In this document: positions 48,547 through 61,574 of the stretch, piece after piece
How positions within the stretch are numbered: position 1 is the first letter of the stretch
Layout of the letters: each line of letters opens with the position of its first letter
Source of the DNA: Leucoraja ocellata
Taxonomy: Eukaryota
Assembly: GCA_036785375.1 (NCBI GenBank)
Contig: JAWMAR010000197.1
Span: 1,240,001-1,304,000 of the forward strand
Direction of reading: 5' to 3'
DNA length: 64,000 nt
Program-made: the position numbers and the translations under genes
The notes under the pieces: generated by a model
What the model was told of the DNA's origin: nothing
What the model saw: only the letters and a program-made list of their open reading frames with translations
Databases searched by the model: none

Positions 48547-49579
48547 TGGGCCTGTCCCACTTAAGGGTTTTTTTCGGCGACTGCCGGCGACTGTCATAGA
48601 CGTAGCAGATCGCCAAAAAAACAGCGACTAGACCCCCCAACGACAATGTCTACGACAATGTCTACAACAACCTGCCACCTAGTCGACGTCAAGCTACAGC
48701 AAGCTACCGACAACCGGCGGCCCACTAGGGTGTCCACCTACGACCGCACCTACGACAACCTACGTCCACCCGCGACAAGCTACGACTAGGTAAGACAATT
48801 CAGTCGCCGGTACCTGTCGCCGGTTGACATAGGTTGACGTAGGTAGTCGCCAATGGAATTCACCAAAGTCAGCACCGGTGCCAACGTATGTCACCTGGCG
48901 ACAACCTACAACAGCACCTACATCAGGAGAAGACAAGTTACGATCATTGGCGTCAAGCCCACTGTCGCCAAGTATCGCCGAGAAGTTTTGAACATTTCAA
49001 AATCCAGCGACGACCAGAAAAACACTACGACTTGAAAAGACTAGGCTTGTATTCACTGGAGTTTACAAGGATGAGAGGGTAGATCTTATAGAAACATATA
49101 AAATTATAAAAGGACTGGACAAGCTAGATGCAGGAAAAATGTTCCCAATGTTGGGTGAGTCCAGAACCAGGGGCAACAGTCTTAGAACAAAGGGGAGGTC
49201 ATTTAAGACTGAGGTGAGAAAAAACTTTTTCACCCAGAGAGTTGTGAATTTATGGAATTCCCTGCCACAGAGGGCAGTGGAGGCCAAGTCACTGGATGGA
49301 ATTAAGAGAGAGTTAGATAGAGCTCCAGGGGCTAGTGGAGTCAAGGGATATCGGGTGAAGGCAGGCACGGGTTATTGATAGGGGATGATCAGCCATGATC
49401 ACAATGAATGGCGGTGCTGGCTCGAAGGGCCGAATGGCCTCCTCCTGCACCTATTTTCTATGTTTCTACGACTCTTTGGGCAACTTGAGGAGATCATACA
49501 GGCATCACCCCGCGACCATGTGGGGACAGCCTAGTCACCTGCAGCCGCCTAAAAAAATCGTCTAAGTGGGACAGGGGCA
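48547..49579. mobile_element. Harbinger-like non-autonomous element with TTA TSD, containing a CR1 insertion
   Basis: tta|tgggcctgtcccactta...taagtgggacaggggca|tta; internal ctacgacaa repeats. Confidence 0.85.
49033..49465 (+). mobile_element. CR1 3' end with 8-bp TSD
   Basis: ctacgact at 49025-49032 and 49466-49473; ORF 49139..49378. Confidence 0.95.
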
Positions 49580-51278
49580 TTAATGGGACACATGTAGGCT
49601 TTTCACTCCACGGTTTAATTTTTTTGATGTTTTCGGTATATAATCAATTTATATTGATGTCATAATCATCTAAGTAGTAGAAAAAAATGTGGGTGTTCTG
49701 AATTTTATTCACATGTGGATTTTGCAAAACCTATAAACAGTAACACCCACAATATTTTTTGATTCCTTTCAGTTGCACATATTGCAAAAGCCAATGTTCG
49801 CACGCTCGGCCTAATCTCCCCAATGACGTACATTGTGTTACATGCTGCAGTTAATGTTAGCAGACGAGGCTTTTTATTTGGCGGGTCAGTTATTGTTTTG
49901 CATCCGTGGACCCACTGCCTCTGGAAATAAAACGCTCTTTCATTCAAGGCACTATCTTTCTACAGTGGCCAGATGGCTTTTGTTTTCTCCACTCAAAGGA
50001 AAACAAAGACTGCAGCCTGTCCTTATCAGGACAGCAGATTGATTATTGATGGGGGGGGGGGGGGGGGAAGAAATCTGACAAATGGGATAACCTGCCTCGT
50101 GTTTCCAGGGCACTGTTCATTGTTTCTGCTTATTGGTGGACACCAGATATCACAATCCCTCTCCCTTAATGGAATGCCCGCTTAATATTCAACACACAAC
50201 AGTCATATTTGTACCTTTACATGTGCATGAAAACTTGTCCTGTTTTTCTTTTGAGCTTCATCACATCCTCTTTAAATTGCAAGGCACTTTTTTTTTAACA
50301 AAAACCTGCTTTTTATTGGTCAAATTTGCACACTGAAATAGCTGTGTTGTACATACGCAACCTGCATCTTCAATCCTGTGAGCTTTTGTACAATTCGTGG
50401 GTGTAAATATTTGGGCAGTCAGGCTTCCTGCACTTCAGTATAGTCACATCAACATCGTAGTGCACTTGTCAAGACCCTGCATCTGTTCATCGAGTTCCCT
50501 TCATAATTCATCGGTTACAATTCTTGCAAACTCAAAGCATCAGAGAATGTGCTCGGAAATGAGGTTGGAAGAGACGTTTAGCAGCATTTGAATATTCATG
50601 CCCCAAATTAACGTTGTCTATTGCCAGTGGGCCGGAACCAAAATTTCAGGTAATTTCCGTCAAAGTGGAAACGCTGATAGCGCTCCAATTTTTTTATCTC
50701 TGGATTTTTTTTGCTCTGGGGAAAAAAATCACCTTGGTCGGAGGCCCCCTAGATTTTGAGGCCCTAGGCTTCAGCCTATGAAGCCTATAGGTGAATCCGG
50801 CCCTGCCATTCACCATGACCCTCTGTTGACGGTTTCTTAGTCGACTTTGTATCCATGCTCCGTGTCCCTTCTACAGTATGCCCTGCACTTCGGCATTGTT
50901 GAAAAGCTCTTTACCAGCTCTTTGAAATAACTATTCAAATTATCTCAGTTCCTGCTTTCTTTTCCTGAAATGTCTTCCTTTTCAAGATTTTATCCAGGAC
51001 TCTTTTGGAACTTATTTTTGAATATGCATCCACCACCCTTTCAAACAGGCATGCCGGTAATTCGCTGCATAAAAATTACTTTTCTCAGTTTATCTTTGAT
51101 TATTTGGCAATTACCTTAAATTTGCGCCCTCTGCTCCATAATGCCAATGAAAACAGTTCACCTGTAGCTAGCTCAAAAGTGTGTCGAAATGTTAACGCCT
51201 CTTTTAAATCTTACTTAACCATCGCCATTAGAAGAACAGGTAACTGGCCACTCAGCATAACTGAAATTTCTAGTATAA

Positions 51279-51502
51279 TTCCCCTGTCCCACTTAGGAAA
51301 CCTGAACGGAAACCTCTGGAGACTTTGCGCCCCACCCAAGGTTTCCGTGCGGTTCCCGGAGGTTTTTGTCAGTCTCCCTACTTGCTTCCACTACCTGCAA
51401 CCTCCGGCAACCACCTGCAACCTCCGGGAACCGCACGGAAACCTTGGGTGGGGCGCAAAGTCTCCAGAGGTTTCCGTTCAGGTTTCCTAAGTGGGATAGG
51501 GG
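51279..51502. mobile_element. Harbinger-like palindromic MITE (second copy of 10673-10908)
   Basis: Near-identical sequence and TIRs; TAA at left. Confidence 0.85.
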
Positions 51503-51941
51503 AACATTCTTCCTGCATTAACCCACTGAGTCCCGTCAAAATGTCATATGTTTCAATGAAATCGCTTATTCTTCCACACTGTAATGAATATAGGCCCAAT
51601 GGACCCTGTCTCTCCTCATATTAAATGTTTTGCCCTCTGAGGAATGAGCAAACATACATTACACCCCAGTGGTGAAAAGTATATACTTTCTTCATTAAGG
51701 ATCTACGTACAATACTCCAAGTATGGTCTCACATGCATGCACTGTACTCAAAGCTTCTTACTCAAAGGCTGCCTTACCATTTGTTGTAGATAGGCACAAA
51801 GTGCTGGAGTAACTCAGCAGGTCAGGCGGTATCTCTGGAAAAATAGGATTGGTGACGTTTCTGGTTAGGAGTCTTGTTCAGACTTCTTTTATTATCATAT
51901 TCGGGTTACATTTGTCACTCTCCGATCGGCAGGAACAACCA

Positions 51942-52255
51942 GGGCAGCCTAGTGGCGCAACTGGTCGAGCTGTTGCCTCATAGCGTTGGAGACCTGAGTT
52001 CAATCCTGACGTTGGGTGCTGACTGTGTACAGTTTGCATGTTTTCTTTGTGATCGCGTGGGTTTCCTCCAGGTGCTCTGGTTTCCGCCCACACCCCAAAG
52101 ACGTGCGGGATTGTAGGTGAATTGGCCTCTGTAAATTGCCCCTAGTGTGTAGGGAGTGGATGAGAAAGTGGGTTAATGTAGAACTAGTGTGAGTGGGTGG
52201 TCGAGAGTCAGCCTAGACTTGCTAGGCCAAAGGGCATGTTTCCAAGCTGTATTTC
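51942..52255 (+). mobile_element. V-SINE, near full length
   Basis: gggcagcctagtggcgcaactggt head, V-domain and CR1-type tail. Confidence 0.9.
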
Positions 52256-52519
52256 AAAAACTGAATTATGCACATAGAATTTTGGAAGCTGACAACCAAC
52301 GCGTTGCTACAGCCACCTTCCATTAGTACTCCAGGATGCAGATATTTGACCCTGGGGATTAGCAATTTGTGGTGCCATTGATTTCTTCAGAACATTTTTT
52401 TTACTAGATCCCTTTAGTTCCTCCATTTCATTGGCATCGATTTCAGCACTGATGTTGTGTGCTGAAGGGTTTGTTCCTGTGCTGTACCATTCTATATTAT
52501 TTATTCTCATAGTTCCTTG

Positions 52520-53430
52520 TATTTCTGGGAAGTTATTTGTTTCCTCTTCTGTGAAGACAGACCAAGTATTTGTTGAATGTTCTGCTATTTGTTGTTCTCC
52601 TTTATAAATACTCTATTTTCTGACAGTAAGGAACTTACATTTGCCTTCTCCAATCTTTTTTATTTTGAGCAGTTGTAGAAGATTTTGCAGGCCAATGCTC
52701 AATTTGACTCTCTTGATCAATCTGTTGGTTCTTTTTTGCTTACTTCTTAACTGCTCCCAAACCACAGGTTTCCTGTTCTTATGGCCTTTCAATGAAGCTT
52801 ACCAATCTATAACATCCAACTCATTCCTTGTGCTTTCATAGTTTTCTTTGTTCAAATAAACAACCAAGGGTAGTATGTGCCCCATAAACAAAGACCCCCC
52901 CCCCCCCCATTTCCGTCTTCTTCTTGCGTTTGAGTCAGTAGAAGTCTGCAGCTGGGTGATGCCATCCAGTTTGACATCCGTAAGTGCCCGCCCTAAAAAG
53001 GGCGCATGCTCCGGGGCCTGATTTCAGTCCGAAGAAGGATCCCGACCCGAAACATCTCCAGCCACACGCTAAGATTTGTCCTCCAAAGTATAATTGCTCA
53101 TTTGTTTGATTAAAGTCATCCATTATTGCTCTAGTCCCCTTGTTTCACACATTCCTAATTCCCCTTATGATGCTGCCCCTTAATTACATGACTGTTTGGA
53201 GACCTGTAGATAACTCACACCAATGTTTTTTGCCCTTTGCTGCTTCCTAATTCCAAATCATGATTTTCTGGACTAATATCCTTCCTGACTATTACTCTAG
53301 TTTAATGTCATCTTTTTACCCAACAGTCCTCAGTCCTTTCCCCTTAAATTCTTAAATATCAAATATTCTTGGACATTCAACTCCAGCCTTGGTCACTCTG
53401 CGGCCGGTTGCAAAAAGGCATATATATTAC
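52520..53430 (-). mobile_element. Old, fragmented CR1 ORF2 relic
   Basis: ttcctcttctgtgaagacagac is antisense of the SVFTEEE motif; the rest is heavily decayed. Confidence 0.45.
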
Positions 53431-54699
53431 ATCCTTTTCCCTCTATTTGTGTTTTTAAGTTGCTATCTTATAACAAATGCCTCACACGTTCAAGTACAGC
53501 ACCAAATATTGGAGTATTTAACAATGTATACATCTTAACATTTCTTGCACCTTGGCCCAATTTGTTATATTATTCTGAAGAAGGGTCTCAACTCAAAATG
53601 TCACCTCTTCCTTTTCTCCAGAGATGCTGCCTGACCCGTTGAGTTACTGCAGCATTTTGTGTCTTATCATCTTTTCTTATCTGGACACTATTTGTAAGTG
53701 CGCTCGCTTGACTATATGCTCTGTACTTTCCCTCCTTAATTATTCCCCTGTACCTTCCTGGTATTTTTTTCTGTTTTATTGGAGATTCCTCTCCATCAGG
53801 AGTGACCACCCCTGCCCCTCTCAGCCACTTAACATAGAAACATAGAAACTAGGTGCAGGAGTAGGCCATCCGAATTCAATATGATCATGGCTGATCATCC
53901 AACTAACATCTTATGTAGTTTGGGGAAACATCAGCCTTGTCATGCAACTATCACAATCTATGGAATTCACATTCAGAAATGTATTAAGTGAAATAAATAA
54001 CAATTCAGAGCAAGTTTGAACTTGCATTTTTGAACCTGTTTCATCAACGTAAAGCATATTTCCACACTAGGCATAGTTAGTGAGGGATTATATGTCAATA
54101 GCACTGACAATGCACTTTTACTGTTCACATGCCAAAAACAGACTGCAAAATGATGTGCAGTCCCAATCTTCCAACCTACCTCATTGCAGACTTGATATTT
54201 TTTACCTGCACTCTCTTTGAAACTAGAACGTAATATTGATGAATATTCAGCATTCCTGTTGCACTTGTATGCATTGGTTGTTCTCATGTGTAGTATGATT
54301 TGACTGGTTAGCACACATGCAGAGATTTTCACTGTATTTTGGCACACGTAACAATAATAAACCAAAAGGATGATTTTAGGAAGAAATTAGCCAATTCTGC
54401 ATTCTTCTTGCGTGAACAAGAAATTTTATTTTTAATTTGAATATAGGTGAAATAGAGGAAAGACAGTGGCTTGTCAGCATGTGACAAGATAAAAGGTGGA
54501 AAGAACTTGTAAAGTAACATTCTCTGGATCCTTGTGTTATCCGGAACAGTTTCGCTTAGTTTAGCTTAGAGATACAGATACAGCACGGAAACATGCCTTT
54601 CAGCCCACCGAGTGCGATTCCCGCACGTGAGCACTATCCTACACATGCTATAATTTACAATTTACCAAGCCAATCAGCCTACAAATCTGTACGTCTTTG

Positions 54700-55225
54700 G
54701 AGTGACGTCTGGACTGACATCTTCAACCTGTCACTTGCCCAAGCAGTTTTCCCACGTGCCTTAAAACCACTTCCATCGTGCCGGTGCCAAAACACTCCAC
54801 TGCGGCAAGCCTCAACGACTTCCACCCAGTTGCACTTACCCCCATCATCACCAAGTGCTTCGAGAGAATGGTCCTGGCACACCTCAAAGGCTGCCTACCC
54901 CCCACATTGGATCCCTATCAGTTTGCCTACTGCAAGAATAGTACGGAGATTGCCATCTCAACGGCACTTCACTCCGCCCTCTCCCACCTCGACAACAAAG
55001 ACACTTACGTAAGAATGCTGTTCATCGATGACAGCTCAGCATTCAACACCATTATACCCTCAAAACTGATCAACAAACTCGGTAACCTGGGCATCGACCC
55101 CTCCCTCTGCAACTGGATACTGGACTTTCTAACCAACAGACCCCAGTCTGTTAGGTTAGACAAGCACACCTCTTCAACCCTCACCTTGAACACCGGCGTT
55201 CCACAGGGCTGTGTGCTGAGCCACC
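54700..55225 (+). mobile_element. Rex1/Babar RT fragment
   Basis: ORF 54778..55266 PVPK...[36 protein letters not shown]. Confidence 0.92.
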
Positions 55226-57268
55226 TCTACTCGAGTTACTCGAGTGGTTTGCTGGTCTTATCGTAACTTTGTATCTGCGCGTCTCGATTGGACTGTACCC
55301 GCTTTTGTACTACAGCGGGGGTGACGACTTTCAAATGATCCTGGGCAACGGGCAATGGAGGTCGCATTCGGCGGGACATCAGGCGCTGGACTGGAGAACC
55401 TAGAGCGTTATCTCTTGCAATATTTCTTAGGTTCAGCAGGTCCAGGTAGACATCAGATTTTGCTAAGTAGGAGCGCTCCATGAGTTGCTTAGTGCTCCGA
55501 ACAGCATGCTCAGCAAGTTCATTGGACTGTGGATATTCTGGGCTGCTGGTGACATGCTGAAAGTTCTACCGTTTAGCAAAGTCTTTAAATTTCTGGCTAG
55601 TGAATTGGGTCCCGTTGTCAGTCTGAAGGCGAGCTGGAATTCCATGTGCAGAGAAATGGGTCCTGAGCTTTTAGACGACTATCTCTGAAGAAATGGTTGG
55701 CAAAAAGTTAATTTCAAACCAGTTATAGTACGAGTTGCTTTCCGTGCCAGTCAAAGATATTGGCAGCCACTGATGACCATGGTAGAGAGGGAGCTGGTTG
55801 GGACAGCAGGGGTTGTTTTTGCTGGTGAGGTGCTTGTCTGTTACGGATCGCGCATAATTCTATTTTCTTCGAATGTACTTGGTCATTCTGGGCCAGCAGA
55901 TCATTTCTTTCGCACGCTGCAAGGTAGCCTCCACATCCGAGTGACCACCGTGGAATTCCTCATAGTACTCGTTTCGCAGGGATGGGGGAATGACCTTCTT
56001 GTGACCCTTAACAATCACTCCATCCTGTAGTACTAGTTCGTCACGTACCAGGAAGTAGGGTCGTAATTCAAAAGGGGTGTTAGACTGTTTGTTTAGCTAC
56101 CCGCCTTTGATGATGGAAGTTAACAGTTGGGAGGATTTATCTGCTGCGGTGCGTTTGGGAAGGCGGTGCAGGAGGTAGGTGGGAACAAACGAGATGTTCA
56201 GGATGGAGATTTCGTCCTGTTTCAGAACTTGGTTGGACAATGTAAAATAGCAGGTTATTTGTCAGTTCATTGATGGTGCATTTCAGATCAGCTTTACCCA
56301 GTGGGTGTAGAATTTCCCCTCCATGTAGGGTGGAGGAGTCTTTTTTCATGAGCTCTTGTTTTTTAGTTGTTCTTATCATATTGAACACTTTGAGTGACAT
56401 GACGTTTGCTCTGGCGCCGGAATCAACTTTGGCGATCAGAGGTTTGTTATTGATTATCATGGTCACTGCTAGATCAGTCACTTTGCCTGGGATGCGCAGG
56501 TTTAGGGAAAGTACGGTAGACTCAGTGTCTGTGTTATCAGGGTCGTTCCCGTGGGACGATTTGTCCTGTTCATGGGAATCGGAATCGGACGTGTCTTGTT
56601 GAATGAGGTGCAGCTTCATCCTTGAAGCTGTACTCCCACTAGATCGACTACAATTAGCAAAGTGATTGAGTTTCTTGCAACTATGACATACTTTCCCATG
56701 GGCTACGCAAAATTGGTGCCCCCTCGGGTGGAAATAGTTACAGTTAAAGCACCTCGTGGCAGGCACATTCTGATCTTTGCGGGACGCATTGAGAAACCTT
56801 TGTGGAGAATAGCTAGCCAGATTCACATTAAGTTGTTGATTAGTATTAGTGCTATCAAAGTCAGCAAGTGGTGCAACAGTCTCAGCCATCCGACAAGCAT
56901 GAATTGCTTGCTCCAAAGTCAGTTCAACGTTCCGCAGCAGTTCGGCTCTTAACTTACGGTCACTCATTTCTCCCACAATTTTATCACGTACTAACTCATT
57001 TGTCAACTCACAAAATCTGCACCGAGAGCTGTTATGTCTCAAGTCACTGATAAATCGTTCCACAGCCTTATCAGCCTGTTGCATGCGGGCAAAAAATCTC
57101 GTCCTCTTGAGGATCCTGTTGGACAGTAAGTCACACAGTTCTCTAAACTTCCTCAGCAGAACCATCGGGTTATCAATAGTTTCATCCAGCACCACTACCA
57201 GACCATTCGCGTCTAGGTGCAAATTCAAAAGTGTCGGCGCGGATCATGGCTTCCGGACCCGCTAAATT

Positions 57269-57965
57269 CAACATCCGATCCTGTGGATAGGGTGAACTGT
57301 TTTAAATATCTGGGAGTCCACATCTCTGAGGATATGACATGGGCATCACACGCCTCAGCACTCGTGAGTAAGGCAAGGCAGCGCCTTTACCACCTCAGGC
57401 AATTGAGGAAATTCAGAGTGTCTCCAAGGATCCTCCAGTGCTTCTACGCAGCGGCGGTGGAAAGCATCTTGTCCGGGGACATTACCATCTGGTTTGGGAA
57501 TTGCTCTGCCAAGGACAAGAAGGCTCTGCAGAGAGTAGTGCGTTCGGCTGAACGCACTATGGGAACTTCACTCACCCGCCTGCAGGAACTATACAACAGG
57601 AGGTGCAACTCCAGAGCAAACAAAATCATGGGAGACCCCTTCCATCCCTGCAACGGACTGTTCCAGCTGCTACGGTCAGGCAAACGCCTCCGTTGCCATG
57701 CGGTGAGAACGGAGAGGTTGAGAAGGAGTTTCTTCCCAGAGGCAATTCGGACTGTAAATGCCTATCTCACCAGGGACTAACTCTACAGAACGTTTTTCCT
57801 TCCATTATTTACTATGTAAAAGAATATGTGTGTTATGATTGTGTTTATAATTTGTTTGGTTGTTTGTTGTTTGTCTTTTGCACAAAATTGCCACTTTCAT
57901 TTCACTGCACATCTCGTATGTGTATGTGACAAATAAACTTGACTTGACTTGACTTGACTTGACTT
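57269..57965 (+). mobile_element. Rex1/Babar 3' end inserted into Gypsy gag
   Basis: ORF 57217..57780 FKYLGVHI...KARQRLYHLR...VESILS...SFFPEAIR; gtgacaaataaa(cttga)n tail. Confidence 0.95.
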
Positions 57966-58159
57966 GAGTAGCAATGCTTTCAAATCGTCGGGATAATGAG
58001 AGTAGTCCTTCTCAAACATTCGCCATCGCTCGGCGATATCGGAATCAAACACGAGCGGGCTAGGCTTTCGACATGAGTTAGCCATGTCATCAAAATCACA
58101 CAAATAAAAACTGATAAACAAAATAAATCGCGGTAAACAGACATGGGGTAGACCTGATT

Positions 58160-58170
58160 TTCTGACACCG
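58160..58170 (-). promoter_or_regulatory. Primer-binding site (tRNA-Leu type) of the Gypsy element
   Basis: Minus strand ...tttaCA|cggtgtcagaa, one mismatch from TGGTGTCAGAA, directly after an LTR-like CA end and upstream of the gag ATG. Confidence 0.7.
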
Positions 58171-58734
58171 TGTAAAGAGCTCAAACTCACACAGGTTGAA
58201 ACACAAACATCTTTATCGTTCAGGTCATAATCTTCTCAGCAGGTCATTACACGATCACACTGGTATGGCTACTGCCAGGCAGTGGGCAATTTCTTACACT
58301 ATGAATGTTATAATTAGGCAGAGTTATAATTACTAAGCATTCTGATTGACTAACATGCAATAGCCAATCTACAGATTCTAATTTGGATATTATATAGCCA
58401 GTAGAGTGAATGTCAAATAGTGAAACTTCTGCCAAAGCCAAAAATACAAGTAAACCAAGGCAAGTAGAGTTTAGCTGGAGGAAATGGAGAATAGATTTGG
58501 CATGACAAAAGCATGGCTGAAAGGTTTGGTCTCAGGTGAAATGAGACAGGAGGTGGAAGTAGACAGACTTTGTGATGTAGATTATCTTTGGTCAGAAAGT
58601 TGAATGAGAAATTGAGAATGTGAAGATTCTGATTCAAAGAGAGAAAGTTGTTGGCGGAAAAGATGCTATTAATTTTGAGAATCTAAACAATGTGAATGTG
58701 AAGAGAAAGTGTGATCCTTTCGGCTCACATCTGT

Positions 58735-58972
58735 TGCTCTGGCCTTTGTCCAAGAATCTGTCTATCAAATAACCCCCCTCACCAGTGTTCATCTATTACT
58801 TGCCATGCTCTCTCCCAACATTCTTTCCCACCTCACTACAATCAATCTGAAGAAGAGTTCTGACCCGAAAAGTCCCCTATCCATGTTCTCCAGGGATAGT
58901 GCCTGACTCATCGAGTTACTCTAGCATTTTGTGTCTATCTTTGGAATAAACCAGAATCTGCAGTTCCTTGTT
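58735..58972 (+). mobile_element. Longer Penelope-derived fragment including sequence upstream of the hammerhead
   Basis: Pyrimidine-rich leader, then ctgaagaagagttctgacccgaaaagtc and the family arm. Confidence 0.75.
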
Positions 58973-59244
58973 ATTTCATTGTGAAATAAAATTGATGGCT
59001 TCACTATTAATGTTTTACCTGGAGGAAATTGCAGTTCATTCGATGCTAAGTATTAGACAATCATTTTGACAACACACATATAGTGAAGCTAATTTAAAAA
59101 TAGTTGATCTTTCGTCACCTCCGTCCTACGCAATAAGTATTCATTGAACTCTACTATTCCTTATTGTCATCCTGCATATTACAAAGGATAGAATCCAATC
59201 AAGTCAACCACATTGCTGTGTGTCTAGAGTCACATATAGGTCAG

Positions 59245-59550
59245 ATTTAGTTTAGTTTACAGATACAGCATGGAAACAGGCCCTTTGGCCCATCCAACCA
59301 TCACCCATTCACACCAGTTCTATGTTATCCCACTTTCCCTACACATTAGTGGCCATTTACAGCGGCCAATTAACCTACAGGACCCCTCTTCTGTGGGATG
59401 TGAGTGGAAACCAGAGCACCCGCAGGAAACCCACGCAGTCAAAGGGAGAACGTGCAAACTCCACACGGACAATACCCTAGGTCAGGATTGAACCCGGATC
59501 CCTGGCACAGTGAGGCAGCAGCTCTACCAGCTGTACCACTGTTCCGCCCT
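59245..59550 (-). mobile_element. V-SINE
   Basis: Full reverse copy. Confidence 0.85.
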
Positions 59551-60109
59551 TGGGGGAAATATCTTTGAAGCACATGAGATGCTTTCAAATGACAATCCAG
59601 TTATTTCCTGGTCATGATTAGAAAGACTAGCTATATTTAAAGAAAATTTCGGATCATTTAATCAATTTAAATCCACCTTGGTTGTATTTGAACTTATGCT
59701 CAGGGTCAATAGTGAGCTGCTCTGCTGTGAATCCTTTGATGCCATAATTAAAATGAGAGTTGTCTCTTTCCCTTCTCTTACATAATTAATGGGCCAGTTC
59801 TTGCTGAGCCGGTTTCCTCACTGAGAAAAGCTGCCCCACTTTGAATGCTGTTCTGATGTTCACAGAAATTAAAAATTATTAAAATTGAAATAGATTATTG
59901 TAAAAAATAAAAAATATATTATTTTAAATATAAAATGTAATCCAAAAATATATATGAACAAATATATTATTTACGTTATTCCCTTTATCATGCTGTAGAT
60001 GTTTCGATTATAATCACGTATTGGCGTTCCGCTGACCAGTTAGCATGCAACAAAAGGTTTTCACTGTACACGTGACAATAAACTAAACTTCAACTAAAAA
60101 AGACAGGAG

Positions 60110-60353
60110 ACATTTTGACTACGAGCGCTGTCTGTACGGAGTTTGTACGTTCTCCAGGTGACAGCATAGGTTTTCTCCGAGTACTCTGGTTTGCTCTCGC
60201 ACTTAGAGGTTTGTACATTAATTGACTTTGGTAAAGATTGTAAATTGTCCCGAGTGTGTAGAATAATGTTAGTGTATGGGTACCGCTGGTTGGAGCGGAC
60301 TCAGTGGGCCGACGGGCCTGTTTCCACGCTGTATCTCTAAACTAAACTAAACT
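60110..60353 (+). mobile_element. V-SINE, 5'-truncated
   Basis: V-domain plus tatctctaaactaaactaaact tail. Confidence 0.8.
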
Positions 60354-60354
60354 A

Positions 60355-60735
60355 GACAGGCTGTTGTTCAACTCCAGCTTGGTGTTCCCAACATCATTCT
60401 CTCCAAACTTATCATCCAACTCAGAGAACTGTGTCTCTGTTGGTTCCTTTGCTATTGGCTCCTTGACTTCCTCATCGGCAAACCACAATAAGCACGACTT
60501 GGCAACACTTCCTCCTTGATAGCCATCAACACAGGAGAACCTCAAGACTATGTGCTCAGTACCCTGATCTGCTCTTTCCACACCATGACCATGTAGCCAG
60601 ATACAGCTCTAATGCCATCTTTAAATTCGCCAATTATACCAGCGCAGTTGGACGAATATTGACAAACGTTAAGTCAGAGTACAGGAGGGAGATTGATAAT
60701 GTGATTGAATGATGCCACAACAACAATTTTGCTCT
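60355..60735 (+). mobile_element. Degenerate Rex1/Babar RT fragment
   Basis: Remnants of NTGxPQ.VLS and FKFA motifs (aacacaggagaacctcaag, tttaaattcgcc). Confidence 0.55.
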
Positions 60736-61339
60736 TTGAAAATAGAGACAAAGTGCTGGAATAACTCATCAGGTCAGGCAGCATTTCTGGAGAACATTGA
60801 AAAGTGACGGTTCGGGCCGAGATCCTTCTTTAGTCTGAAGAAGGGCCCATTTTGTTTGTGAATTTCTTCAGCACTTTTGTCCTTTAAATCATATTTTTTT
60901 CACATTTTATTTTGTCACAACATAGAATGAGTCCATGCAGCCCTTTGAGTCTATGCCATCTCTTGGGACAAATCCATTCTATCACTTATTTACTCCCCAT
61001 AACTCAATCTCTTTCACATTCTATTTTTTATCATCTTGATTCTCCCACCAAAAATCCGCATTAGGGTTAATTTGCAGTGACTAATTAACCTGATGCAGGA
61101 GGGGAAAAAAAGCACCCAGGGAAAACCAATGTTGTCACAGGATAACATGCGAACTCCACACTGACAGTGCCTGAGGGGACTGATGACAAATCATTGGAGC
61201 TTAGAGAGAGCTTTGCCTCCTGCTGAACCACTGTTTTACCTGCACCTTTTTCACCTTCAACTGATTTGGTGTAAAATCTAATCCTGATAAACACATGACT
61301 TTCTAATTTATTTTGTGTATCCAACATTTTTTAGAGACA

Positions 61340-61553
61340 ACGGAACAGTGGATGCTGGTTTACACTGAAGATAGACAATGGACCATTGTGGGCACTTCAG
61401 CTATCGGTGCCAGTTCTGATTTGTTCCTTACCTTTTCATCCCTCCCCCCTGACACTCAGGTCAAAGGGTCTCGACCTGAAACGTCACCTATTCCTTTTCT
61501 CCAGAGATGCTGCCTGACCTGCTGAGTTACTCCAGCATTTTGTGTCTATTTCC
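61340..61553 (+). mobile_element. Penelope-derived element with inverted 5' piece and 10-bp TSD
   Basis: tttagagaca at 61330-61339 and 61554-61563; agggtctcgacctgaaacgtcacc remnant. Confidence 0.8.
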
Positions 61554-61574
61554 TTTAGAGACAGCTCAGCAACC

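Larger units (their letters stand above)
55230..58340 (-). mobile_element. Gypsy/Ty3 LTR retrotransposon relic (5' LTR part, PBS, gag, protease, integrase; RT/RNase H missing)
   Basis: gag N-terminus 57966-58085 continuing LNLAGPEA at 57270; Cys/His knuckles and KVDSGA protease in ORF 56137..57228; integrase TDNG...SSPEYPQSN at about 55500-55630; LTR extent uncertain. Confidence 0.88.

Noticed and set aside
50623-50805. Complete hAT MITE
   Set aside because: The right end (gaatccggccctg) looks hAT-like but I could not find a matching 8-bp TSD or a clear left end
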